From: a bacterium
GTDB lineage: Bacteria > Oederibacteriota > JAAXVQ01 > JAUVAV01
Direction: 5' to 3'
Assembly (NCBI GenBank): GCA_021108215.1
Contig: JAIORK010000045.1
Location: 64,594 to 128,593 of the forward strand
DNA length: 64,000 nucleotides
The notes below the pieces were generated by a model that ran no database searches, was not told the DNA's origin, and saw only the letters and a program-made list of their open reading frames with translations. Shown one piece after another: positions 30,764 to 39,307 of this stretch. The translations under genes and the position numbers were made by a program. The number at the start of each line of letters is the position of its first letter. Position 1 is the stretch's first letter.

Positions 30764-31984
30764 TTACAGATCACTGCCTTCCTGCCAGTCTCCGGAATGT
30801 TTTTCTGATTTCTTTTCCCGCAGATAAATGATAAACGGCAGGGCCAACAAACTTAAAAACGGCGTCCACTGGTAAACTTGACGAAGACTAAACCAATCAC
30901 TGAAAAAACCGACAATCAAGACTGCCAAACCGGCCCCGAACAGACGCATGGACATGTATATTCCATTCATCAAACCAGGCTGATCCGTCCGTGTCTCATT
31001 GACAATTGCCAGCAAAGCCGGTTCCGGCGCAAACATCACAATGCCAAGAAAAAACAGGCTGATATACTGAGCCGGGCCGGAAGTTATTAAAAAAAACAGC
31101 ATAAAAATTATTGATAAAACCACGGACCAGCCTAAAACATTCCGTTTTCCCAACCGGTCCGCCCAATTCCCCGCCAAAGCAACCCCCAGTGTGCCGCTAA
31201 GTTGAAGCAATGACAATGCCATACCGCCGACCCAAATGGTTTCTCCCTTTTGTAAAAGATATACCGGCAAAAAAGCGGTCATGGCTGATTTAAGCAGGCT
31301 GCGAAAAAAAACAAATCCGCCCAAACCAATGAACAACCGGTTATACTGCATAAAAAAACCAGCGACATCATGGTACAGATGGTTCCCGGTACGTTTGGGT
31401 GCTTTTTTCGGATTGTCATGGGTAAACACCAACAGTACCAACGAGGCGGTCAATCCAAAAAACACCAACCGCCAGGTCCCTTCCAGTGTCCAAAAAGAAA
31501 TCGCGCTGATAATAATCAAAGGACCGCTCATGCGTGCCAGTTCTCCACCAATCATAAACCAGCTCATGCCCAGGCTGATTCGCTTGCCCGAGTCTTTTTT
31601 AATAAAAATCGGTGCCGGAACATGAAATGCGGATGACCCGACTCCCATGACCAGAAGCAAAAGCAGCAGCATTCCATAATTGGGTGCCAGACCGAGCAGA
31701 CTCATGCTCACACCTGTCAGTGCCGGCGCCGCCACCATCACATAGCGCATAGAAATCCGATCAGCGATCAAACCCATCACCGGATTTGTCAGTGAGGGGA
31801 TGCGCTGCGCAAACGCCAGCATGGCGGCCATGCCATACCCAATGGCAAGTTTGTCAATCAAAAACGGGAGCAAAGGTGCTAAAAACGAAGAATAAACATC
31901 ATGAATATAATGACCATAGGAGACGGCAAAAATACCGGACCAGCGCATTGAACGCTCCGGTTTGCCTGATACTTTTTTTGACAT
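30764..31984 (-). CDS. MFS transporter
   Basis: Twelve predicted TM helices and MFS loop motifs. Probable start MSKKVSGKPERSMRWSG (the listed ORF extends further upstream). Confidence 0.7.
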   Translation of the reverse strand: MSKKVSGKPERSMRWSGIFAVSYGHYIHDVYSSFLAPLLPFLIDKLAIGYGMAAMLAFAQRIPSLTNPVMGLIADRISMRYVMVAAPALTGVSMSLLGLAPNYGMLLLLLLVMGVGSSAFHVPAPIFIKKDSGKRISLGMSWFMIGGELARMSGPLIIISAISFWTLEGTWRLVFFGLTASLVLLVFTHDNPKKAPKRTGNHLYHDVAGFFMQYNRLFIGLGGFVFFRSLLKSAMTAFLPVYLLQKGETIWVGGMALSLLQLSGTLGVALAGNWADRLGKRNVLGWSVVLSIIFMLFFLITSGPAQYISLFFLGIVMFAPEPALLAIVNETRTDQPGLMNGIYMSMRLFGAGLAVLIVGFFSDWFSLRQVYQWTPFLSLLALPFIIYLREKKSEKHSGDWQEGSDL

Positions 31985-32354
31985 CACGACAATCCCAACT
32001 TCCTTAAAAATCCCAACCACTTCAGCATACAAAAACAGCATTATACGCATCTAATATATAATTGCGAATAAAAAAACCTGCACCTGCCATTAATTGCTGC
32101 AATCCGGCACCCAGATAAGCCGGGATCATGAGTGAGCGAACCATATACACCATCTTGGTATAGAGTGCGCCCAAAGCCAGTGCTTTAAAAACCTGATCTT
32201 CTTTGGCCAGCCCGTCGGCCAGTGCCATATCAACAACTTTCTCGCCTTTTTTGGCCAACAGGTTGACATATTTAATCGCCTTGGCAGCACTGATAAATTA
32301 CAATCGGCTTTTTAACTATAGTGAGTTGAAGAAACGCGCCCGGGTGTTTTTATC

Positions 32355-32383
32355 GTAGGGAACGGTTTCAAACCGTTCCCTAC
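32355..32383. repeat. REP element GTAGGGAACGGTTTCAAACCGTTCCCTAC (short-loop variant), preceded by the 28-nt direct repeat at 32324-32351
   Basis: Perfect 11-bp stem, 7-nt loop, 5' GTAG. Identical to the copy inside the RAYT gene. Confidence 0.8.
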
Positions 32384-32423
32384 AAACCCGTCCCCGTCCT
32401 ACCTGCGCCCCACCACCCATGCC

Positions 32424-32960
32424 CTACGGAATCTTTCCTTCCCATTCCGGATTTTCTTCATCTTCCGCCCACTTCAATGGATTATTTTGAATGTATTTTC
32501 TAATGCTATGCAATTCCCTGTCATTACGGATAATACGGTCGTAATAAGATTTTTGCCAAACCGGCAACCCCTGCGTTTGGCGTAATTGATTGATCGTTTT
32601 CGATGCATATGTTTTAAAACCACGTACGATTTCCGGCAACCCGTGGTGTTGTGTTTCATTCGTCGTAGGGAACGGTTTCAAACCGTTCCCTACAAAATTC
32701 GTGATAACAATAATTCCGTGTAAATGATTAGGCATAATCACATATTCATCCAATCGACAATGTCCATAATGGTGCGGCGGTTTTTCCCAATACGTCATCG
32801 CAATTTCCCCATATTCATTCAGTTTTATTTTACCATTTATTATTTCCCCGAATAAGCATTCCCGAGTATGTGTACACAAAGTAATAAAATACGCACCTGC
32901 GGCAGAATAATCATAATCCAACAGACGATTCCTTTTGCGTTCACGCATAATTGTTTTCAT
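32424..32960 (-). CDS. REP-associated tyrosine transposase (RAYT; IS200-like Y1 HUH transposase)
   Basis: HuH motif MPNHLHGIIVI and catalytic Tyr region WQKSYYDRIIRND...IRKYIQNNPLKW. Size and pattern are typical of TnpA_REP. Flanked by REPs. An internal 29-nt REP copy at 32665-32693 is translated in-frame. Confidence 0.8.
   Translation of the reverse strand: MKTIMRERKRNRLLDYDYSAAGAYFITLCTHTRECLFGEIINGKIKLNEYGEIAMTYWEKPPHHYGHCRLDEYVIMPNHLHGIIVITNFVGNGLKPFPTTNETQHHGLPEIVRGFKTYASKTINQLRQTQGLPVWQKSYYDRIIRNDRELHSIRKYIQNNPLKWAEDEENPEWEGKIP
32665..32693. repeat. REP copy located inside the RAYT coding sequence (encodes NFVGNGLKPFP)
   Basis: 29/29 identity to the REP at 32355, including the shared flanks TC...AAA. 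Confidence 0.8.
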
Positions 32961-33094
32961 ATCCCTGCCCTTTTTGTCGTGCTAATTTTTGTTCCTGCTC
33001 AGGCCAGCGCGCTTTTTTCAGATTAAGATGTTTACTCACATTTTTATTATCATCAAATTTCTCATTAAACTGTTTTTCTTTCAGCCGCACCTCT

Positions 33095-33625
33095 CTATTT
33101 CTTCCTGAATCCAATAGGTTTATTTTTCTTTTTGAGCGTTACAGGTAATTTGAGCATTTCATCAATAATGCCATCTATCCTGGTGATACGCTTGTCATGA
33201 TTAATCTGTTTCGCTTCCACTCGATTAAGATGTTTGTAGAGATCCTTGTGAATAACACTCCATTCACGTAATTTGGTGAAAGTACGCATGATTTGAATAT
33301 TAATCTGAATAGCCAGTTCATTTTGCAGCACGGTCGAAAGCATTGACACACCATTCTCAGTAAACGCGAATGGCAAATACTTGGAATGGCGTCCTTTCTC
33401 TAAGGTGCCAAATTGGCACCTTAGAGAAACCGTTTCTTCCTTTGTTAAGACGAGTAAAAAATCATCCGGAAAACGGCTGATATTTCTTTTCACCTGTCTT
33501 TTTAATTGTCTCGTTTCCACCCCATACAATTCCGCCAAATCCTGATCAAGCAAGACCTTTTTTCCACGAATAAAATGAATTTTTGATTGAATCGAGTCGA
33601 TGGGTACAATAATTTTTTCCGGCAT
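33095..33625 (-). CDS. ORF6N-domain (KilA-N-like DNA-binding) protein
   Basis: IHFIRGKKVLLDQDLAELYGVETRQLKRQVKRNISRFPDDFLLVLTKEE and YLPFAFTENGVSMLSTVL match the ORF6N domain consensus. Contains a 17-bp perfect hairpin at 33397-33431. Confidence 0.65.
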   Translation of the reverse strand: MPEKIIVPIDSIQSKIHFIRGKKVLLDQDLAELYGVETRQLKRQVKRNISRFPDDFLLVLTKEETVSLRCQFGTLEKGRHSKYLPFAFTENGVSMLSTVLQNELAIQINIQIMRTFTKLREWSVIHKDLYKHLNRVEAKQINHDKRITRIDGIIDEMLKLPVTLKKKNKPIGFRKK

Positions 33626-33765
33626 GAGTCCTCCATATTCGCGTGATATGGAGTTAGACTAAAAATCCCTAAATTTCATGCAAATAAAATCACCTTGGCT
33701 CAAAATATTTCTATTACGGTATTTAGTTGAAGAAACGCGCCCGGGTGTTTTTGTAAGACCTAGTC

Positions 33766-33814
33766 GTAGGGAACGGTCAGCTTGCCTGACGAATGCCGGG
33801 CGACCGTTCCCTAC
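33766..33814. repeat. REP element, long-loop variant (GTAGGGAACGGTC-[AGCTTGCCTGACGAATGCCGGGC]-GACCGTTCCCTAC), preceded by the 28-nt direct repeat at 33725-33752
   Basis: Same stem as the other REPs, with a nested CGAATGCCGGGC-type insertion in the loop. Near-identical copies at 42205 and 43326. Confidence 0.8.
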
Positions 33815-33914
33815 GGTAGTTCAAATAATCAAACAAGTGTGTTAATTAAACATTTAAACTCCGGCACAAATCATTTCTATTGCCGTATTACCGAACTACG
33901 TCCCGTATTCCGCA

Positions 33915-34313
33915 TCAGCTTGATAAAAGACCGGATTTTTCCAGCGCATCAACTAATTTTTTCTCGTCAAATGGTTTACGCACATATCCGGCAATCTGCC
34001 CTTCAAATACGCGCATTGCATACTTGGGATTATTGGAAGCGGTCAACATAATGATTTTAATTTCCTTGATCCCTCTGCAAACCCGGGGATGCTCCATCTG
34101 CCGGATGGTTTTCAATGTCTCAATCCCATCCATTCCGGGCATCATGAGATCAAGAAAAACACAATCCACATCCTCTTCGGCAGACCAGTACCTTTTGATA
34201 ATTTCAATCGCTTCCGCGCCTGACAGTGCTTTTTCACATTCGCCATAGGGTCTCAGAAAACATTCGACCAATTCACAAATATCCGGTTCATCGTCAATAA
34301 TCAAAATCCGCAT
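33915..34313 (-). CDS. Orphan single-domain response regulator receiver (CheY-like)
   Basis: MRILIIDDEPD ... FLDLMMPGMDGIE ... KPF. ATG at 34313 follows AGGGGGA. Confidence 0.8.
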   Translation of the reverse strand: MRILIIDDEPDICELVECFLRPYGECEKALSGAEAIEIIKRYWSAEEDVDCVFLDLMMPGMDGIETLKTIRQMEHPRVCRGIKEIKIIMLTASNNPKYAMRVFEGQIAGYVRKPFDEKKLVDALEKSGLLSS

Positions 34314-34601
34314 AAATATCCCCCTGTCGAGCATCCTTGCAGGCCATGTATATGCCGCCAATCTGCTATAATATCATTCACCCATTCCAAAGTATCGACA
34401 TTTTGGCGCATTTTATTACAGGTACAACACTCCTTCTTCAGACTATGTTCGGTGCCGAAGTTCGAATGTTCGAATAACTCCCCACCCTCACCCTGCCCTC
34501 TCCCCTCAAGGGAGAGGGTTCATTGAAAAAAATCCGGGAACCTTGCTTTTTTTATCTCTCGCAAAGCCGCTAAGCGCAAAATCATTTTAAGGTGTGAAAA
34601 T

Positions 34602-35009
34602 TTATTCAATGGTGAGGTGTTTGATAACTTTTTTGATTGTCTTTCTCGTAAAATCAATATATTCCCTGCATTCTTTGCGGGTCGGATCAATACCGCCGTC
34701 GTATAAATCAAGATTTCGCTTGGTTCGCATAAGGTTTCCCATGGTCACCACATCTTTGCTCTTTAATATTTCTCCCATTTTCTCAATAATTTTCATATGG
34801 TGACCCGGTACGCTGCGGGTATGCACTTGATGATTCGCCAACAAGGCGATCCCGGCTTTCAAAAATGCTGAATAGGCATAATTAAATTTAACAGAGGCAA
34901 AGGTATCTTTTTCGGCAATATCCAGATCCTTGAGCGCATTTCTGTAATACTGCTGCACCTGCTCACTGGTATACTTCTGCTTCCGAAAAAAACGCTCTTC
35001 AAATTTCAT
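34602..35009 (-). CDS. HEPN domain protein (toxin-like partner of the upstream MNT)
   Basis: 135 aa, helical, with candidate Rx4HH motif (HTRSVPGHH). ATGA-coupled to the MNT gene, as in HEPN/MNT modules. Confidence 0.5.
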   Translation of the reverse strand: MKFEERFFRKQKYTSEQVQQYYRNALKDLDIAEKDTFASVKFNYAYSAFLKAGIALLANHQVHTRSVPGHHMKIIEKMGEILKSKDVVTMGNLMRTKRNLDLYDGGIDPTRKECREYIDFTRKTIKKVIKHLTIE

Positions 35010-35554
35010 ACATCAATCTTGATATACTTTTTTTTAAGAATGTCTGTAACCAATGGTTCTTTTTTCTTTTTCCGGCTGAGAAACTCTTTTTCATCCATAT
35101 GAATGACATTGATTTCCCGATTGATCTCTTTTTGAATGCTATTCATTTTGCGTTGCACATCGAGTACTTTATGGTTTCCGATAACCATAAGATCAACATC
35201 ACTCCGGTTATCCATTGTTCCATTGGCATATGAGCCGAAGATAATCGCTGTTTTGGCACCCTTGACATGTTCAAGCATTTTCCCGACCTTTTGTTCAAAC
35301 CCAGTTTGCTTTAATACGATTTTTTTATATTCACTGAGAAAGGGATATTTTTTATTAAGCGCATATAATTTCAAATTCCCCCGCATTTTGCTCTGCAATA
35401 TCCCTTCGCGCTGGAGTTCATTTAATTTTTTCACCAAATTGCGTTTATCCAATAAAAGCGTACTTTGAAGTTCATTAACATAAAGCTCTTCCGTATCATT
35501 CAAAAAAAAGTAATTCAAAACAGCTTGCGTTATTTTGGACCGTAAGGATATCAT
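35006..35554 (-). CDS. Minimal nucleotidyltransferase (MNT) with N-terminal wHTH
   Basis: IIFGSYANGTMDNRSDVDLMVIG is the MNT GS...DxD signature. Pairs with the HEPN gene. Confidence 0.75.
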   Translation of the reverse strand: MISLRSKITQAVLNYFFLNDTEELYVNELQSTLLLDKRNLVKKLNELQREGILQSKMRGNLKLYALNKKYPFLSEYKKIVLKQTGFEQKVGKMLEHVKGAKTAIIFGSYANGTMDNRSDVDLMVIGNHKVLDVQRKMNSIQKEINREINVIHMDEKEFLSRKKKKEPLVTDILKKKYIKIDV

Positions 35555-35565
35555 CCCTAAAACCT

Positions 35566-35606
35566 CCGGTGTAATTATTTACACCGATAAGTGTATATTA
35601 TTACAC
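35566..35606. promoter_or_regulatory. Tandem palindromic operator-like sites immediately upstream of the MNT/HEPN operon
   Basis: CCGGTGTAATTATTTACACCG (35566-35586) and GTGTATATTATTACAC (35591-35606). Two GTGTAA-N4-TTACAC inverted repeats within 50 bp of the MNT start, consistent with TA autoregulation. Confidence 0.45.
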
Positions 35607-35888
35607 CGCATGTTTCAAGCTGATTTCCATCCTCGTTTTCGTCTATTCATATATTTAAGACTCATTTCCGAATGTTTTCTTGCATATTATTTTTTCATTT
35701 TCACACAGGTGGAGAAAGAGTGATTCCAGGCATGATTTCGTACAATCAGGGGATCAAAGAAGCAGCGTTTGGTTTTATCCTATTATTTTGCTTTTCCTTG
35801 CGCTCTTCGCGCCTTGGCGTGAGGGTGATTTATACTTAGGTCGAGTAGCCCAGGGGAATCTCACCCCTAGGCTACTCGACCCAATTAA

Positions 35889-36817
35889 TTAAAATTTCAC
35901 ACTGAAGGTGAAGAGGTTCTCGGTCTCAAAATCCTCTTCTTCCCAAAATTGCGGCCGCAGGGCGTAATCCAGTACAAAATCGACCTTGCCTGCCTTGAAC
36001 CGAAAACCCACTCCTGCGGAAAATCCATTGACCGATGCATTGGCGGAATATTCATAGCCCATTCGCAGGGCCAGCATCCGGCGGAACCAATACTCCGCTC
36101 CCAAATGCAGCAGGATGTTTTCCTCCGGCACCAGATAATCTACATCCAGCACGGTATTCAGTGTATGCCGGCCTTCCTCCAGGGGCGTATAGCAAGCACC
36201 GACAAGCACCTTCATCGGGAGCGGATCTTCGGCCTCACTAAACTTCACCGGTGTGCCCAAATTGCGCAGCGCCAGCCCGATGGTCAGAAGCCGGCTCATC
36301 TCATACTGGGTTCCCAGATCCAAGGAAAGCGCTGTGGTATCCACCGGCCCGAGTTCCATCACAACCATTTTAATATTGACGCCCATACTGAATCCGGCCA
36401 CAACCGGCCGGGCAAAACTCAGTCCGTAAACCATATCCTTGACATTCACCGTCGCTTCGCCTGCCACATGATTGTCAATCACCGGCTGGGCACGGTAAAG
36501 TATCTGCGCGCCTACAGAACCGAGCCCGGGTGCGATGATGACCGCATTGAGCCGTTCGGCGGAAATCCCTTCGAATCCGCCAACATGCATCAGCATAATC
36601 TCATTTTTTTCAATATTATGCACACCGGCAGGATTCACCTCAAGTGCGGCAATATCACCGGAACAGCCGGCAAAGGCATTCCCCATGGCGGCGGCCCGGG
36701 CACCGTTTTGCTGCTGCAATATTTGTGCGCCGCTGGTCCCGGCACCGGCAAACCCCCGGGCGCTCAAAACGGTAAGCGTTAAAATCATCAGTGAACAAAC
36801 AACGTATTTCTTCATCA
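35889..36817 (-). CDS. T9SS-associated outer-membrane beta-barrel protein (PorQ/PorV-like)
   Basis: Start MKKYVVCSLMILTLTVLSA (signal peptide) after GGAGG. AAAMGNAFAGCSGDIAALEVNPAG motif shared with the PorP/SprF and PorV families. Terminal aromatic F. The long + strand ORF 35949..36782 is antisense and rejected. Confidence 0.5.
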
Positions 36818-37191
36818 TGCCTCCAATAAAATTTATCGTGCTAGTGCGAACACGATGGACAGCCTGCCCCGCGAATGCGGGGTAAACCCGTGAATTTTTA
36901 TAAAACATATTATAAATATATTGCATCACTGTTTACAAGGATTATTATTCATCTCAGCTTTTAAAAATCTTATCCACAAATTTCCACGGTGTTCATATTT
37001 TTTTCTTATGCCCTGCTCTTTGACATCAAAACAGACAATTCGCAGGATCGGCAAAGAATGTTTTTTTAGTTTATATCCATTATTTAATAGTTTCATTTCT
37101 TTGCGTGCTTTTTCGCTTCGCGGCTTAGCGTGAGATGTTTTTATTTTCGCTTTTACCCTATGGGTCGTCGTTCGGGTTGATTCGCGAAAGA

Positions 37192-39111
37192 TCACTTCTC
37201 TTTCAAAATTTCCATCTGGATCTCAACCCGCCGGTTTTTAGAGCGAAGGTGTTCCCGCTTGCTTTTAATAAGCAGACGCTCCTTACCAAACCCCGTGGTT
37301 TTCAATTCCCAATTGACAATCCCCATCCTCCGCATGTGCGCCTTGACCTCCTGGGCGCGCTTGCGGCTGATATTATGATTGGCCCATTCACTACCCACTT
37401 CATCAGCATGCCCCTGAATGGTCACCTTAATTTTTTCTCCCTGCTGTTGGTAGATCTCAACCGCTTTGGCAATCTTGTCCTCCATCTCAGTGGTGATCTC
37501 CGTATCATTGAAATCAAAAAGAATTTTAAGAATCCTGAATCGCACATGTCCTTCACGCGGAGCCAGCATTTTGGCAGGTATGGCAATAATATCATTTTTC
37601 ACCATGGCTTTGCCCCCGGTCTTGGAAACAAACCGGATCTCATAGACATAGTTACGCTTGGGAGACACCCACCGGCCTTTGCTGTCTTTGCCGTCCCATA
37701 CCACTTTGCCGGGCAAGGTTTTTTCCCCTCTGAGCACCCTAACCGTTTTGCCGGTTTTGGCGTCCCGAATCCTGATGCCCCAGGTCTTGATCTGATCTAG
37801 ATATTCTTCAAATCGAAATACCGCTCCCGCGCACACGCCGTACCCCAGTTTTTTAAAAAACAACTGACGCACCGGTTTTTGCACCGGCCAGACCTGGTTC
37901 TCGATCTTCACACCTTTTTCAGTCATATATTCAAATGAATAGGAAAATTGCCCCTGCGCGACCTTTTTACCGTATTTATCCGTTCCATCCCATACCATCC
38001 GCTTAGGCACCGCTTTACCGATATATTTAAACGTACGAACAACATTCCCTTGCTTGTCCTTAACTTTAAATGTAAACCCTTTAATCTTAAAATTCCGCTG
38101 TGAGGTTTTTGGGATAAACACCATTTTGCCCACTTGTTCACGCGTCTGAATTTTAAGCCGCGGTGCGGAAGGAACAAAGGGGGTTGGGACAGGCGTCGGT
38201 GTCGCCGGTTTTTCCGTGAAACGGTACCCCAGACTGACATGATGAACATTCCCCAAAAAACCGGATGGTTCAAAAACATAATCCAGATAAAAATCCTGCC
38301 AGGCAAACCCGGCGCCGGCCGTGAGTCCGGCAAACTTGCCCAAATTGGCCAGGGTGCCCGGTCCATTGCGCCAACCGGCGCGAAGTAAAAAATAGGGTAT
38401 CGGTTGATACTCAACCCCGCCGGCCAGATAACTTTCATCATCGCGCGGCAAGACTATATCAAAGGTCAACACCAGATTCTCAACTGCCTGAGCACAAAAG
38501 CCTGTCCGAACCTCCATGCCCAACGGATCACCGGCCGTGGTCTCGCCTGCATGTAAAACCGTTACACCCACATTAAGTCCGGGATGGAATTCCCAGACCA
38601 GCCCCAAATCTCCGCCCAGACCGTGAATTTGGGCAATATAGAGATCCTGATATAGATATTCCAGATTCAATCCAAAGGCCAGTTTCCGCCATTGGTAGGC
38701 ATAACCGATTTTCAAATCCATATCTTTGGTTGAAAAAAGTTCCAGAGAATTCCCGTCGCGATCATATCCCTCAATATTGGTTGTCTGAGAATAAATAAAG
38801 CCAAGACCTACCGTGCCTCCGGCCGTGGGAATGGCGGCCCCAAAAAACCCCACCTCGGTATCGGTCCAGTGCTGACGAAAAGAAATTTCTGCATTGAAAT
38901 ACGGATAGCGTGCCAGTGCGGCAGGATTCCACCAAAGACCCTCTTGCCCCCGCGACGCCGCTACACCGGCATTGCCCATGGCCAGTAACCGCGAAGAAGC
39001 CGGTTGCGAGAGCATCACAGCCGCAGATGTGCCTGTCTCTTGAAGCGTACCTGCATATGCCGGGATGGTGATAAAAAGCATGATGACGAAAAAATAGCGT
39101 TGCTTCTTCAA
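37192..39111 (-). CDS. PorP/SprF-like outer-membrane barrel fused to two FlgD-Ig/T9SS-like domains and a C-terminal OmpA peptidoglycan-binding domain
   Basis: N-terminal signal peptide plus LLAMGNAGVAASRGQEGLWWNPAALA barrel motif. Two internal repeats with VWDGTDKYGKK and VVWDGKDSKGRW. C-terminal OmpA-like domain (GHADEVGSEWANHNISRKRA). Confidence 0.6.
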   Translation of the reverse strand: MKKQRYFFVIMLFITIPAYAGTLQETGTSAAVMLSQPASSRLLAMGNAGVAASRGQEGLWWNPAALARYPYFNAEISFRQHWTDTEVGFFGAAIPTAGGTVGLGFIYSQTTNIEGYDRDGNSLELFSTKDMDLKIGYAYQWRKLAFGLNLEYLYQDLYIAQIHGLGGDLGLVWEFHPGLNVGVTVLHAGETTAGDPLGMEVRTGFCAQAVENLVLTFDIVLPRDDESYLAGGVEYQPIPYFLLRAGWRNGPGTLANLGKFAGLTAGAGFAWQDFYLDYVFEPSGFLGNVHHVSLGYRFTEKPATPTPVPTPFVPSAPRLKIQTREQVGKMVFIPKTSQRNFKIKGFTFKVKDKQGNVVRTFKYIGKAVPKRMVWDGTDKYGKKVAQGQFSYSFEYMTEKGVKIENQVWPVQKPVRQLFFKKLGYGVCAGAVFRFEEYLDQIKTWGIRIRDAKTGKTVRVLRGEKTLPGKVVWDGKDSKGRWVSPKRNYVYEIRFVSKTGGKAMVKNDIIAIPAKMLAPREGHVRFRILKILFDFNDTEITTEMEDKIAKAVEIYQQQGEKIKVTIQGHADEVGSEWANHNISRKRAQEVKAHMRRMGIVNWELKTTGFGKERLLIKSKREHLRSKNRRVEIQMEILKEK

Positions 39112-39155
39112 TTCCTTCTCCTAAAAAAATGCTTCATCTAAAAAATATAAATGCC

Positions 39156-39290
39156 TATCCACAGATTACGCAGATTACGCAGATTAAAATACTTTTAGGG
39201 TAAAGATATTACTGTTTTAAATATCCTACAATTTTAATCCTGCCTGGCTTTCCTATTTTCAATCTGTGAAATCTGCGTAATCTGTGGATA
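39156..39290. repeat. Inverted repeat (21 bp perfect, about 30 bp total) containing tandem CAGATTACG 9-mers, in the cargo-porP intergenic region
   Basis: TATCCACAGATTACGCAGATTACGCAGATT (39156-39185) and AATCTGTGAAATCTGCGTAATCTGTGGATA (39261-39290). Confidence 0.5.
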
Positions 39291-39307
39291 ACGATTTTCA
39301 TCGTGCC

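Noticed and set aside
33397-33431. Interpretation of the ORF6N hairpin as a foreign insertion disrupting the gene
   Set aside because: The encoded peptide aligns to the ORF6N family pattern without length change, so a simple insertion is not supported. Retained only as an unexplained palindrome in the findings.
34440-34470. tRNA-like T-arm fragments (TTCGAATGTTCGAAT)
   Set aside because: No acceptor stem, D-arm or anticodon arm can be built around them. No convincing tRNA or rRNA was found in any intergenic region of the window.
35790-35880. Compound hairpin GGTCGAGTAGCC-CAGGGGAATCTCACCCCTAG-GGCTACTCGACC after the PorQ/V-like gene as an intrinsic terminator
   Set aside because: No T-run follows it on the transcribed (minus) strand. 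It may still be a structured element or another palindromic repeat, but a canonical terminator call is not supported.
35949-36782. 277-aa plus-strand ORF
   Set aside because: Antisense to the PorQ/V-like outer-membrane gene, which has a signal peptide, RBS and family motifs. A typical GC-rich antisense open frame with His/Arg/Gly/Pro-rich composition. Similar antisense ORFs were rejected at 37135..37800, 40472..41116, 44654..45271, 45222..45767, 11874..12449, 5836..6288, 6200..6811 and 62371..62934.
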